Shown here: piece after piece, positions 17,767 through 26,521 of the stretch
Layout of the letters: every line of letters begins with the position of its first letter
How positions within the stretch are numbered: position 1 is the stretch's first letter
Translations under genes and position numbers: made by a program
Sequence record: NC_049850.1
Direction: 5' to 3' (one strand)
Length of the DNA stretch: 64,000 bases
The notes under the pieces: generated by a model
The model's input: the letters and a program-made list of their open reading frames with translations, nothing else
What the model was told of the DNA's origin: nothing
The model's database searches: none

Positions 17767-18618
17767 ATGTCGAAGAAGATGAAGAAAGACGCGCTGGGTG
17801 ACCTGATGAAGGCGTACGAGGCGTTGGAGACGGAACGCAAGTTCATGCCCGGTGCCTATACGATGGCCCGGCTCGACGGCCGTGCGTTCCACACGTTCAC
17901 GCGTGGTCTGGAGCGCCCGTACTCGACGCGGTTCTCGCGATGCATGGCCGAGACGGCTGCGGCGCTCGTGCAAGATTTCCACGCTGATCTCGCGTACACC
18001 CAGAGCGATGAAATCACTCTCGTGTGGGTGCCGCGTGCGCAGGAAGAAATGATCTTCGGTGGCCGCATTTTCAAACTGAAGTCGCTTCTGGCGTCGCGTG
18101 CTTCCATCGCGTTTCTGCGTGCCGTGGCTCGCGAGATTCCGGAGAAGGCACACCTGAACCCGATCTTCGATTGCCGTGCGTTTGCGATGCCCAACGAAGC
18201 AGCGGCGTTCCAAGCATTCCAATGGCGTGAAATCGATGCGACCCGCAACTCGCTGATCATGCTGACGCAGGCGCACTACTCGCAAAAGGAAATGCACAAG
18301 AAGGGCGTGGCCGACCAGCACAACATGCTGCACGCCAAGGGCATCAACTGGAACGACGAGCCTGCGTTCTTCAAGCGCGGGACGTACCTGCGCCGCACCA
18401 GTTACCTGAAGGAATTGACGGGTGCCGAGTTGACGCGGATTCCGCTGCACAAGCGTCCGGAAGGCCCTGTGGTCCGAAGCGCTGTATTCCCGCTGGCTGT
18501 GCCACCGATCTACCAAATCGATGCGCTTGACTGGATCATCAACGCACCGGACCCGGACCTTACGCACCCGTGGTTCCCGAACGAGGCGCTGCGCGAGTCA
18601 TTGCGCGCGTGTGCATAA
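17767..18618 (+). CDS. thg1: tRNA-His guanylyltransferase / Thg1-like 3'-5' polymerase
   Basis: ARLDGRAFHTFT, AYTQSDEIT, FDCRAF, WREIDATRNS and FFKRGT are Thg1 motifs. Confidence 0.92.
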   Translation: MSKKMKKDALGDLMKAYEALETERKFMPGAYTMARLDGRAFHTFTRGLERPYSTRFSRCMAETAAALVQDFHADLAYTQSDEITLVWVPRAQEEMIFGGRIFKLKSLLASRASIAFLRAVAREIPEKAHLNPIFDCRAFAMPNEAAAFQAFQWREIDATRNSLIMLTQAHYSQKEMHKKGVADQHNMLHAKGINWNDEPAFFKRGTYLRRTSYLKELTGAELTRIPLHKRPEGPVVRSAVFPLAVPPIYQIDALDWIINAPDPDLTHPWFPNEALRESLRACA

Positions 18619-18629
18619 TCGTGTAAAGT
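18601..18629 (+). promoter_or_regulatory. sigma70-like promoter
   Basis: TTGCGC-N17-TAAAGT. Confidence 0.55.
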
Positions 18630-18652
18630 TTGGCCTCTTTTACGGAGGTTGA

Positions 18653-18796
18653 ATGAAAAGCGACGAGTTTTACGCCGGTCGACTTGCAGGTCTGTGTCAC
18701 CGCCTGCGAGTCAACCCGCATCAAACGAAGTTCAAACGCGCTGACTGGTTCGCCGGTTACGACGAGGCAAAGCGCATTCTCAAGGAGAAGCAATGA
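18653..18796 (+). CDS. RMF/CrpP-fold-like small protein (47 aa, not in ORF track)
   Basis: GGAGG SD; MKSDEFYAGRLAGLCHRLRVNPHQTKFKRADWFAGYDEAKRILKEKQ. Confidence 0.7.
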   Translation: MKSDEFYAGRLAGLCHRLRVNPHQTKFKRADWFAGYDEAKRILKEKQ

Positions 18797-19059
18797 AGGT
18801 TCGCAAGATCGCGAAGCGGCCCCCGACGTACCTGCGTGTGGGCACCGTGAACATACCGACCGGATTCTACGGTGTGACGCAGCGGAAAACTAAGAACGGG
18901 GTGAACATCCACCTGATCACGGAGCGGAAGGAATTCATCGACCTGTACGGTCAGCCGGATTTCGATACCACGGTCACGGTCACGGATCGTGGAGTCGCGC
19001 TGCTGGCCAGCCTCGATTTCCCGAGAGTGGTGCCTTACGCACAGCGGGTGCGCACATGA
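18793..19059 (+). CDS. hypothetical protein beginning MKVRKIAKR
   Basis: AAGGAG SD; ATGA overlap. Confidence 0.75.
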   Translation: MKVRKIAKRPPTYLRVGTVNIPTGFYGVTQRKTKNGVNIHLITERKEFIDLYGQPDFDTTVTVTDRGVALLASLDFPRVVPYAQRVRT

Positions 19060-19265
19060 AGCACAAAATCCGACACTTTGTGGGGACCGTGGAGCAGCCA
19101 CCGATTGAGGTGGACACCTCGATCCTCAACGATTCCACATACCAGTGGGCCAAGACGCTGGTGCGCTGGTACGACGAGATCGGTCACTGGAACAACGATT
19201 CTGAAAACTCCAGCCTCTTCAACCTGCTGAAGCAGGAGATCAAGGAATACGAGGCTCGGCAATGA
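19056..19265 (+). CDS. hypothetical protein
   Basis: ATGA overlap. Confidence 0.7.
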   Translation: MKHKIRHFVGTVEQPPIEVDTSILNDSTYQWAKTLVRWYDEIGHWNNDSENSSLFNLLKQEIKEYEARQ

Positions 19266-19474
19266 ACAGATACGACAGTTTCCCCGAAATCCACCACCAC
19301 GACGCGGCGGACCTAGCACGCGATCTCGTGAAGTGGATCGAGGCATCGGGTCCCGAATTGGGCTCTCCCCTTCTGGACTTCTGCTACCGTCTGGAAGACG
19401 AGATCACGGCATTCCAAGACCGTATCATTGCGGCAGACCGCGAAGCGTATTATCAGCACTATACGCAGAAGTAG
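19262..19474 (+). CDS. hypothetical protein
   Basis: ATGA overlap. Confidence 0.7.
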   Translation: MNRYDSFPEIHHHDAADLARDLVKWIEASGPELGSPLLDFCYRLEDEITAFQDRIIAADREAYYQHYTQK

Positions 19475-19511
19475 TTGACAAGTCCCGTTCAGTTGAATAA
19501 ACTGGCGGGAC
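19475..19511 (+). promoter_or_regulatory. sigma70-like promoter inside an imperfect inverted repeat
   Basis: TTGACA-N17-TAAACT; GTCCCG..CAGTT-GAATA-AACTG..CGGGAC. Confidence 0.8.
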
Positions 19512-19533
19512 TTTATCTTTTCTGGGGCGCAAA

Positions 19534-20163
19534 ATGCAGACCAAACAGATCAACAAGCTGGAAGTCCTGAAGAACGTCATCAAATGCGACTCGAACGCCG
19601 AGGGCTGGGTCGATGTCTACAAGATGGCGGAAAAGCTGGAACTCTACAGCTTCCACGGGGGCCCGGACGACGCGCAAACCCGTCTCCGTGTGTATGCGGT
19701 CACCGAATGGCGTTGCACCGACACGCACGTGGGTCTCAGCGCCATCTACTTCGACGGCAAGCTCGTTGGCTGTATCGAACAGTGGTCGCGTAAGGGTGAC
19801 GTGAACTACTCGTGGGTGAGTACCGAGGCCGCGATGGCGGTCCGCAACTTTCTGGCCGAGGGCATGGAATTCCAGTTCCCGACCATCGGAGCCGACGACA
19901 CTGTGGATTCGCGCTATCGCGTGAACTACCGTGATCAGATTCTGTGCGTCAACGGTTGGTACGCCGATAAACCGGTCACCTACGTCAAGGAGCCGCGCGC
20001 TCGGGCAGACGGGAAGTATCTGGCGTTCGACGCCGATTACGACTGCGTTATCCTGATCGCGCACGAGGACGGCACCACCGAACGGATTCCGGTGTCCGAG
20101 TTCTACATGGACCTGCACGTTCCGAAGCACGTGGTCGACGATCTGTTGACAGACGCCGAATAA
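19534..20163 (+). CDS. hypothetical protein
   Basis: 209-aa ORF downstream of the promoter. Confidence 0.8.
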   Translation: MQTKQINKLEVLKNVIKCDSNAEGWVDVYKMAEKLELYSFHGGPDDAQTRLRVYAVTEWRCTDTHVGLSAIYFDGKLVGCIEQWSRKGDVNYSWVSTEAAMAVRNFLAEGMEFQFPTIGADDTVDSRYRVNYRDQILCVNGWYADKPVTYVKEPRARADGKYLAFDADYDCVILIAHEDGTTERIPVSEFYMDLHVPKHVVDDLLTDAE

Positions 20164-20202
20164 GCGCGTACGATACGCCCATCTGATCACGGGAGGCCCA
20201 TC

Positions 20203-20376
20203 ATGAAGTACTTCTGGATTGCGGTTGTCGCGTTTCTAGTCTGCGACGCCTACCTGTACACCGAGAACGGTGAGTCGTATTTCTGGGGCAACCAACACCG
20301 TATCGAACGCCTTTTCAAACACGTGGCTCTCAGCCTCGGCACCTACCACGCTCAGGAGGATCAAGAAGATGAATAA
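20203..20376 (+). CDS. small secreted/membrane protein (57 aa, not in ORF track)
   Basis: GGGAGG SD; MKYFWIAVVAFLVCDAYLY... Confidence 0.65.
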   Translation: MKYFWIAVVAFLVCDAYLYTENGESYFWGNQHRIERLFKHVALSLGTYHAQEDQEDE

Positions 20377-21403
20377 ATACGCAGCGGAGTTCTTCGGCAA
20401 GTTTCACTACGCGGTCACGGTCGGCTACGACAGGGCCGATGGTGGCCCGTTCCAGTTCAACGATGGCATTTGCGAGAACTTCAGCGTGTACCTGCGTCGC
20501 GTTGGCGTCCCGGGCATCATCAAGGATGCGTATATGCGCGCCCTCAAGGACGCCTTCCAGTTCAACGGACAGGACCGCGTGTTCCCGTTCAATCCGGGAC
20601 GCATGGCCGAGTACAGTGAGGAAGTGCTCACGAACAAGGTCTACAAGAACGAGGAACGTCTTGCGTTCCTGCGCAACATGGTCAACGACTACGATCTGGT
20701 CGAACATCGCGTGGTTCCCAACCTGCTTGATCATTACTTCCGCGAACTGGACACGTGGCTGGACGTTAGCGCCGAAGGGCAGCGTCGGTTCCGAAACTAC
20801 ACCGGCATCTGCACGAACGTCGAGCACTGGCTCCAGTCCCATGGCGTGGACGATTTCGCACTCACCTGTAACATGCGAAACCAGTTGACCCAAGAGTTCC
20901 AGATCGCGCTGAGCGCTCGTGACGAAGGTGTGTACGATGGCTACCCGTTCAACGCCAACGTCGGCCACTACCTGAAGGAAGCTCAGGCGTGCACGATCTA
21001 CGACAACGCAGAGCGCGTAGCCTACATCCGTCGCCGGGCTGCACGTGCCTATCTGAACACGAGCACCATCGACGCGTTCCTGACGGAATTCCGTCAGTGG
21101 TTCACGAACGGGCGCGCTGCCGACAACACGTTCTCGTCTGCGGCTGCTGTCTGTTCGAACCTGACGCGGTGGATGCGGAGCACCGGAGCCGACGACTTCG
21201 CGTGCACGTGGGCACAGAAGAACCTCATGGAAAAATTCGTGCGCATGGGGCTTCACGCGCGATTCCCGTTCAACGAGCGCGCGATGGAATACGCAGACGA
21301 GCGTGACGCCGGAACGTTTTACAAAAACCCCAAGCGCTGTGCTTGGATCGAAAAGATGGGAATCATTTCACATGCAGAACTCTGCAAGCAGTTCGGGGAA
21401 TAA
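20369..21403 (+). CDS. protein with three internal repeats, paralog of 13949-14764
   Basis: AGGAGG SD; repeats GICENF...FPFNP...NEERLAFLR, GICTNV...YPFNA...NAERVAYIR, AVCSNL...FPFNE...NPKRCAWIE. Confidence 0.85.
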   Translation: MNKYAAEFFGKFHYAVTVGYDRADGGPFQFNDGICENFSVYLRRVGVPGIIKDAYMRALKDAFQFNGQDRVFPFNPGRMAEYSEEVLTNKVYKNEERLAFLRNMVNDYDLVEHRVVPNLLDHYFRELDTWLDVSAEGQRRFRNYTGICTNVEHWLQSHGVDDFALTCNMRNQLTQEFQIALSARDEGVYDGYPFNANVGHYLKEAQACTIYDNAERVAYIRRRAARAYLNTSTIDAFLTEFRQWFTNGRAADNTFSSAAAVCSNLTRWMRSTGADDFACTWAQKNLMEKFVRMGLHARFPFNERAMEYADERDAGTFYKNPKRCAWIEKMGIISHAELCKQFGE

Positions 21404-21535
21404 GCTTGACGACCCGAAGATCGAGATCGTACGCCAATGCATCGAGCGTGCGGTCGTCGAAGCCGCTGATGGCGGCGATCTGTGGCTCACGACTTTCTTG
21501 GCCGCCGAGAAAATCGTGGACATGGTAAAGAGTAG

Positions 21536-21569
21536 TTGACGTAACGTCGGGGGCACTATACAGTGCCCC
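21536..21569 (+). promoter_or_regulatory. sigma70-like promoter with -10 region in a hairpin
   Basis: TTGACG-N17-TACAGT; GGGGCAC-TATACA-GTGCCCC. Confidence 0.8.
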
Positions 21570-21594
21570 TTCCAACAAGTGACTGGAGGTGTTA

Positions 21595-21801
21595 ATGAAC
21601 AACGTAGCGTCCCGCATTCTCGGCATCCTGAGCACCGAACTCGATCTCGAACCCGAGCACCTGAGCGTCGACCATTCGTTCCATTTTTCGGAATTCGAAA
21701 CCGCATTGGACGACGAGTTCGATCTTCTGTCTGGTGCCGTCGTCTACGAATTCATGTCCGTGCGTGACATGGCATCGCGCATCGAGCGAGTTCTGGCGTG
21801 A
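21595..21801 (+). CDS. ACP-like small protein lacking the phosphopantetheine Ser loop
   Basis: VASRILGILSTELDLEPEHLSVDHSF...FETALDDEFD...SVRDMASRIER aligns by eye with AcpP helices; no DSL motif. Confidence 0.6.
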   Translation: MNNVASRILGILSTELDLEPEHLSVDHSFHFSEFETALDDEFDLLSGAVVYEFMSVRDMASRIERVLA

Positions 21802-22166
21802 CGCATTTCACCCTTCACCAACGCGAAATCGTTGAGCGTGTATTGTCCCGACTGGAACAGGCGGCAGAGGACCCGGTGGACGGTGCTCATCAGTACCTGT
21901 GCTTGCACATAGGCAGCATCGGGCGCATGCTCAGCCACTCCAAAACACGCTATTTCTTCCACAACCTGTTCGGGCGCGACACCCCGTACACGAAGGCGGC
22001 GCAAGCCCTGATCGAGCAGATCGCACAAGCACTCGATGGCAAGCGCGGCAACACGCTTCAGGGCTGGGTCAGCGTGCGTACCGGCTACATTCCGAACGCC
22101 GATGTCATGAACGCGGCTCGTGATGCGTGGCTTCATCGCGCACTCGAAATCGGGTATTTCGGATGA
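21798..22166 (+). CDS. member of the C...W...RxxW paralog family (family F1)
   Basis: YLCLHI, TLQGWV, ARDAWL. Confidence 0.8.
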   Translation: MTHFTLHQREIVERVLSRLEQAAEDPVDGAHQYLCLHIGSIGRMLSHSKTRYFFHNLFGRDTPYTKAAQALIEQIAQALDGKRGNTLQGWVSVRTGYIPNADVMNAARDAWLHRALEIGYFG

Positions 22167-22567
22167 ATTCGTTGCTCAAAATGCTAAAGCGCGTATTTAC
22201 GCGCGGTGCCGCTGTCAATGGGGTTGACACGCGGCTGAGTCCGAAACAGATGGAGATCATGGTGCTGGTATGCGCCGAGATCAATTATCGCAACCCCGAG
22301 CACCAGCAGTTTATCTGTAGCGCGGTAACGCGCGCTGCCGAAGACCTAGATGCCTGTACGTGGTTCGGGCTGTCTCGTAGCTACCGACGCGCCGCAATCG
22401 GCATCCAGTTCCTGATAGACAGGGCCCTCAACAGCGGTGCACTCGGTCGTTGGATTTTCTATGACATGGGCGCACGTGCTATCGACTCCAAGAACGTGAC
22501 CGCCGCCGTCAACCAGTGTCGGGCCGGTTGGCTCGAAACCATAATCGCGCGAGGACGCATCGAATGA
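22163..22567 (+). CDS. family F1 member
   Basis: FICSAV, ALGRWI, CRAGWLETIIARGRI. Confidence 0.8.
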   Translation: MNSLLKMLKRVFTRGAAVNGVDTRLSPKQMEIMVLVCAEINYRNPEHQQFICSAVTRAAEDLDACTWFGLSRSYRRAAIGIQFLIDRALNSGALGRWIFYDMGARAIDSKNVTAAVNQCRAGWLETIIARGRIE

Positions 22568-22779
22568 AGAAATATGTGGGAATTGCACTGATCTTGGGAC
22601 TGATGCTTGCCGCGCTTGCGGCTGTCGCAAACCCGACCTCAGTAGTGATCGAAACGCGGTTCGGCTACATCCGCATCTACGACGTGTTGACCCCGGCAGG
22701 TCACCAGTGTACGATTGCGTCCTCTGAAGCTGACTCCAACAGTGCGGGTCGCGCATTGGCCATGCAGTGCTACAAATAA
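22564..22779 (+). CDS. small secreted protein
   Basis: Signal-peptide-like MKKYVGIALILGLMLAALAA. Confidence 0.7.
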   Translation: MKKYVGIALILGLMLAALAAVANPTSVVIETRFGYIRIYDVLTPAGHQCTIASSEADSNSAGRALAMQCYK

Positions 22780-22787
22780 GGAGAATC

Positions 22788-23039
22788 ATGAAGAAGCTCG
22801 TTCTGGCGGTGGCGCTCGTCGCTGCCCTCACTGGGTGCACGCGCCCGGATCAAGCACGTCGGCTGCTGACCCAACAGGGCTACACGCAGATCGAAATCAC
22901 GGGCTACGCACCGTTCGCGTGCTCGAAAGACGACACGTTCCACACGGAGTTCCGTGCTGTATCGGCAGCAGGCCATCAGGTACAAGGCGTTGTCTGTTCA
23001 GCCTTGCTCAAAGGCGCAACTATTCGGCTGGAGGATTAA
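22788..23039 (+). CDS. lipoprotein
   Basis: AAGGAG SD; MKKLVLAVALVAALTGC lipobox. Confidence 0.8.
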   Translation: MKKLVLAVALVAALTGCTRPDQARRLLTQQGYTQIEITGYAPFACSKDDTFHTEFRAVSAAGHQVQGVVCSALLKGATIRLED

Positions 23040-23423
23040 ATGCGTGCAACTCATGCAAAGCTTGAAGTCACGGGAGACCGCAGCGCCCTTATCACGGCCG
23101 ACATCCTAGCGCGCTTTATCGGCAGCGAAATTACGTATCTCGCGGACTTGGTGGACGACACGCAACCCCTGCGAGTCGTAAACCTGCGCTTCCGTGGTGA
23201 TCTCGCAGACCTGCACGGTGAAAAGATCATGCTGCCGTTCGCGGATGCAGTTCGCGGCGGCAAGGCTCTCGGGCTGCTCATCAAGCGCATCAACTGCGCG
23301 ACGGCGCAAGTGGGCTATGCAGCACACAGTTTGGTTGATCAGTATGATGGTGCAACCGTGGACACCGATGCGGAAACCGGGAAGATCGTGGTGACCGTAC
23401 GACTTCAAAGGAGCCGAGCATGA
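23040..23423 (+). CDS. hypothetical protein
   Basis: GGAGG SD. Confidence 0.75.
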   Translation: MRATHAKLEVTGDRSALITADILARFIGSEITYLADLVDDTQPLRVVNLRFRGDLADLHGEKIMLPFADAVRGGKALGLLIKRINCATAQVGYAAHSLVDQYDGATVDTDAETGKIVVTVRLQRSRA

Positions 23424-23953
23424 CGCCACGACAACGCGAAAACGCGCGGCTCGCAATCGATCAGGGCAATCGCTACCCGCCCGACAGCCTGCAAACCGCT
23501 CACTGGACGCTGGACGCGGCTCGCGGTATCATCCACGATCTGAGCGACCGTGGCTCGTTCGATGACGCGCTGGACAAGTGCGATCAGGCGGTTCTCGACG
23601 AAATCACGGTCGCGATCCAGAACATCATCCGGGTCGCGCACGCCTCTGTTAGCGAGCACGCGGATCAGCCGCCCTCAGCCACCGATGCGGCCATCGCGCT
23701 GGCGCATGAAGCCCAGTCGGCCGTCACCTCGATCTACGCTACGCATTTCGGTATCGGTGACGTGCAGTGGCATGAGGACATCGAGCGCGAAACTGGGCTG
23801 GACGAGCACGACCGTCAGGAATTGCAGGAGGCACTGGAACAGCGTTTCAGCGCCGTGTTCGACGAGCGCGAATTCGAGGCGTGCCGCACGGCCAGCGCTC
23901 TCGTCGCCTTTATCGTCAAGAACCTGTTGCCGTTCGAGGTCGACCGTGGATGA
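23420..23953 (+). CDS. two-domain protein with C-terminal ACP-like domain (no Ser)
   Basis: ...IERETGLDEHDRQELQEALEQRFSAVFDEREFEACRTASALVAFI; Glu where AcpP has GADSLD. Confidence 0.65.
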   Translation: MTPRQRENARLAIDQGNRYPPDSLQTAHWTLDAARGIIHDLSDRGSFDDALDKCDQAVLDEITVAIQNIIRVAHASVSEHADQPPSATDAAIALAHEAQSAVTSIYATHFGIGDVQWHEDIERETGLDEHDRQELQEALEQRFSAVFDEREFEACRTASALVAFIVKNLLPFEVDRG

Positions 23954-24146
23954 TGTGGACGATTTCATGGACGACGGAGAACCCGTGGATCGCGATCAGG
24001 CACTCGACATCCTGAACACGGCTAGTGTGTACCTCAGCCGCTACGAGAGTGAGGCTCGGGGTTCGCACGCGGACGACGTTTGGATCGCAAACGGAAATCT
24101 GAAGCGGCTTATTTCGCAGTTGACAGCAGAGTGGTCGGCAGAGTAA
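23946..24146 (+). CDS. hypothetical protein
   Basis: GTG start; MDDVDDFMDDGEPVDRDQAL... Confidence 0.6.
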   Translation: MDDVDDFMDDGEPVDRDQALDILNTASVYLSRYESEARGSHADDVWIANGNLKRLISQLTAEWSAE

Positions 24147-24149
24147 ACT
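24120..24149 (+). promoter_or_regulatory. sigma70-like promoter
   Basis: TTGACA-N18-TAAACT. Confidence 0.6.
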
Positions 24150-24177
24150 GTCTTCTCTACAGTAAAGGAGGGGTCGC

Positions 24178-24465
24178 ATGAAGTGGTATCACCCGAATCA
24201 TGTAACACCGGATCGTGACCATTGCCCGTATTATGAGGACGACTACTCGGTCCCCGTGATCGTGACGATGCGTCTCGAAGACGGTGATCTGGTGGTTGCG
24301 TCCACGCAGTGGATGTACTCGTACCGCGAACAGGGCTGGGTCGAGTGTGGGCTGGAGGACGGCCCGTCGCCTGCCGACTATTCGGATTACGGTGTGGTAG
24401 TGGCTTGGGCATACCCTCCTGAGCCGTGTGGGCCCAATGACTATGCGGAGGTAACGGATGTTTAA
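24178..24465 (+). CDS. hypothetical protein (DUF551-like pattern)
   Basis: AAGGAGG SD; MKW...P N-terminus and VVAWAYPPEP C-terminus. Confidence 0.7.
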   Translation: MKWYHPNHVTPDRDHCPYYEDDYSVPVIVTMRLEDGDLVVASTQWMYSYREQGWVECGLEDGPSPADYSDYGVVVAWAYPPEPCGPNDYAEVTDV

Positions 24466-24844
24466 CGAAGACGAATACGGTGAGATCACCGACGATCTGT
24501 ACGCACAGCGCACGATCTACGTGGCAAAGTATCACGACGGCCAATACCCGGAAGACGACGAGATTTTCGGGGCGTTCGGCACGCGCGAGGAAGCGGAGGC
24601 CGCCAACGAGGAAGAGCGTTCGAATTACACGGGCCGCTACTCACAGGGCTACCATCGCGCCAACGAACGGTATTACGGAGTAGACGCCGTGACGATGGAA
24701 ACCCGTATCTCGGTCGACGACCTGCACCTGCTGCGTGCGCTGGAGGCCGGTGAATGCGACGAGGACGAGCAGAATGCAGTGTTCCGCAGGGTAGCGCGCC
24801 TGCTGGGCCTGAGTGACGAAGACACCGACGCGGAGGACAAATGA
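24458..24844 (+). CDS. hypothetical acidic protein
   Basis: GGAGG SD. Confidence 0.75.
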   Translation: MFNEDEYGEITDDLYAQRTIYVAKYHDGQYPEDDEIFGAFGTREEAEAANEEERSNYTGRYSQGYHRANERYYGVDAVTMETRISVDDLHLLRALEAGECDEDEQNAVFRRVARLLGLSDEDTDAEDK

Positions 24845-24981
24845 TCAACCTGACGCAACACGAGAAAAACCTGATCGCGCGTCTGCGTGACTGCCGTCAG
24901 GAACTGAGCCCGGCTGACCGTCACGGCCTGCTGGACCTGATCGACGAACTTCTGGAGGCAGACGAACATGGCCCGGAGTAA
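24841..24981 (+). CDS. small hypothetical protein (46 aa, not in ORF track)
   Basis: GGAGG SD; MINLTQHEKNLIARLRD... Confidence 0.6.
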   Translation: MINLTQHEKNLIARLRDCRQELSPADRHGLLDLIDELLEADEHGPE

Positions 24982-25297
24982 GAATTTGGTGGAAGCGTAC
25001 GAGAAGCTGACTCGCGAAGACGTGTACGACATGATCAACGGGTCGAAGGAAGGCCCGCAAGCCAGCCTCACCAACGCTGAGGTCCAGAGTTTTCTGGAAC
25101 AGGTTCGCGACCTCGCGTCCAAGCAGTTCGGGATCACGCTCGTCACCGACTACAACGGCCAGTACGGTGATGCAGGTGCCACGTACATGACGCTGCGCAC
25201 CAACGACGCTGAAGCCACGTTCAAACTGATGAACGTCACGGACAACAGGGCCGAACAGAACCTGCGCGATATCGAGAACTGCTGGCGCGGCAAGTAA
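24968..25297 (+). CDS. hypothetical protein
   Basis: GGAGG SD. Confidence 0.75.
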   Translation: MARSKNLVEAYEKLTREDVYDMINGSKEGPQASLTNAEVQSFLEQVRDLASKQFGITLVTDYNGQYGDAGATYMTLRTNDAEATFKLMNVTDNRAEQNLRDIENCWRGK

Positions 25298-25304
25298 AAA
25301 GCAG

Positions 25305-25340
25305 TTGACGCGACACAAAACGGACCCTATACTGGGTCCG
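25305..25340 (+). promoter_or_regulatory. sigma70-like promoter with -10 box exactly in a hairpin loop
   Basis: TTGACG-N17-TATACT; CGGACCC-TATACT-GGGTCCG. Confidence 0.85.
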
Positions 25341-25372
25341 TTGTCATTTCTAGACCCAGAAAGGAGATTTCG

Positions 25373-25828
25373 ATGGATATTCAGGTTGTCGCTGCCGCAA
25401 TTTTCGGGTTTTTGGCCGGTGCCCTGCTCATGTTCCTGATTTTCGAGAACGTGCTGCTCAAGAAAGCGGTTGCGCAGACCGAAAAGCCGAAGTATGATGG
25501 CGGTCAGTACACAAACAGCGCGAAACCGAACAAGAATCGGGCCGATCCGGAGTGGCAATTCAGTGAATCGAAGTACATGAAGGCCAATTTTGGCCCCGAC
25601 ATCGATCCTGACCTGCATCCGTTCGGTGAACCTGAGCAAAATTCGGGTGAAACGACGACGGTCACGAGTTCCGGGTACACGGTGAACGGAAAACCCGCGA
25701 CTCCGGAGCAGGAAAAGGTGATCAAGGAGGCCATGGGGCTGGCGGACACCGCATTCGAGACCGCGAGCACGAGTTTCAGCCAGATGAGCGACGCGTTCAA
25801 GGCGCTTAGCAAGATCAAACCTCAGTAA
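25373..25828 (+). CDS. membrane-anchored hypothetical protein
   Basis: AAGGAG SD; single N-terminal TM segment. Confidence 0.8.
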   Translation: MDIQVVAAAIFGFLAGALLMFLIFENVLLKKAVAQTEKPKYDGGQYTNSAKPNKNRADPEWQFSESKYMKANFGPDIDPDLHPFGEPEQNSGETTTVTSSGYTVNGKPATPEQEKVIKEAMGLADTAFETASTSFSQMSDAFKALSKIKPQ

Positions 25829-25841
25829 AAGGGAGAAAACG

Positions 25842-26357
25842 ATGCTTAACCACAATGACGCCAACGTGGCATGGGCCGAATACATGGCAATCCGGGCTGA
25901 CGGGAGCCGTGATCTGAGCGAGCGCGATGCGTTTGTCGTATTCCTCGAAGGTTTTGCGAAGCGCGTGGCCCATGCCGCCCGTGCCGAGTCCTATACGGAC
26001 CGCCAGCACATGGAATACGTGGCGCACGCACTCGGGTTCGATGCCGAAGACGTACTGGATGACAACGACGGTGATGGCCCGTACATCCATACGCGCAGCC
26101 GCACTCTCGAACCCCTCGTTCGCACCGAACACGCGATGCTCGTGGCGCTCCAACTGGTGCTCAAGGTCGAGCAGTGCGAGATCGCTGGTGCCAGACGCGA
26201 AATCAAGGTCACGGAAGTGGACGGCCCGACCACGGGAGCCGCAACGTACACGGCAATCGTCGAGCATCCGGCATCGGAGCACGATATGCAGATCGCACTG
26301 AATCGTGCAATCGTCATGTGCGCCTCGATCATGGGCCAGCGCGAGGACCTGTTCTGA
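25842..26357 (+). CDS. hypothetical protein
   Basis: GGGAG SD. Confidence 0.75.
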   Translation: MLNHNDANVAWAEYMAIRADGSRDLSERDAFVVFLEGFAKRVAHAARAESYTDRQHMEYVAHALGFDAEDVLDDNDGDGPYIHTRSRTLEPLVRTEHAMLVALQLVLKVEQCEIAGARREIKVTEVDGPTTGAATYTAIVEHPASEHDMQIALNRAIVMCASIMGQREDLF

Positions 26358-26521
26358 TGGCCCCGATTACCATAGAAACATTCGGTCTGCTCTGGTTCGT
26401 GGCCGGTATCTGTGCCACGCTAATCATTCAGGGCATATGGCGTGTTCTGAATCCGCCTGAAGACAAGGTGCAGGACGTGGACAAACGCCGACGCCAACAA
26501 CGGGAGTACGACCATGAGTGA
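26357..26521 (+). CDS. small membrane protein
   Basis: TGATG overlap; one TM segment. Confidence 0.65.
   Translation: MAPITIETFGLLWFVAGICATLIIQGIWRVLNPPEDKVQDVDKRRRQQREYDHE

Noticed and set aside
21372-21539. Possible small gene MQNSASSSGNKLDDPKIEIV...
   Set aside because: It fills a gap plausibly but overlaps the upstream gene by 32 nt and has no clear SD, so the start cannot be supported.
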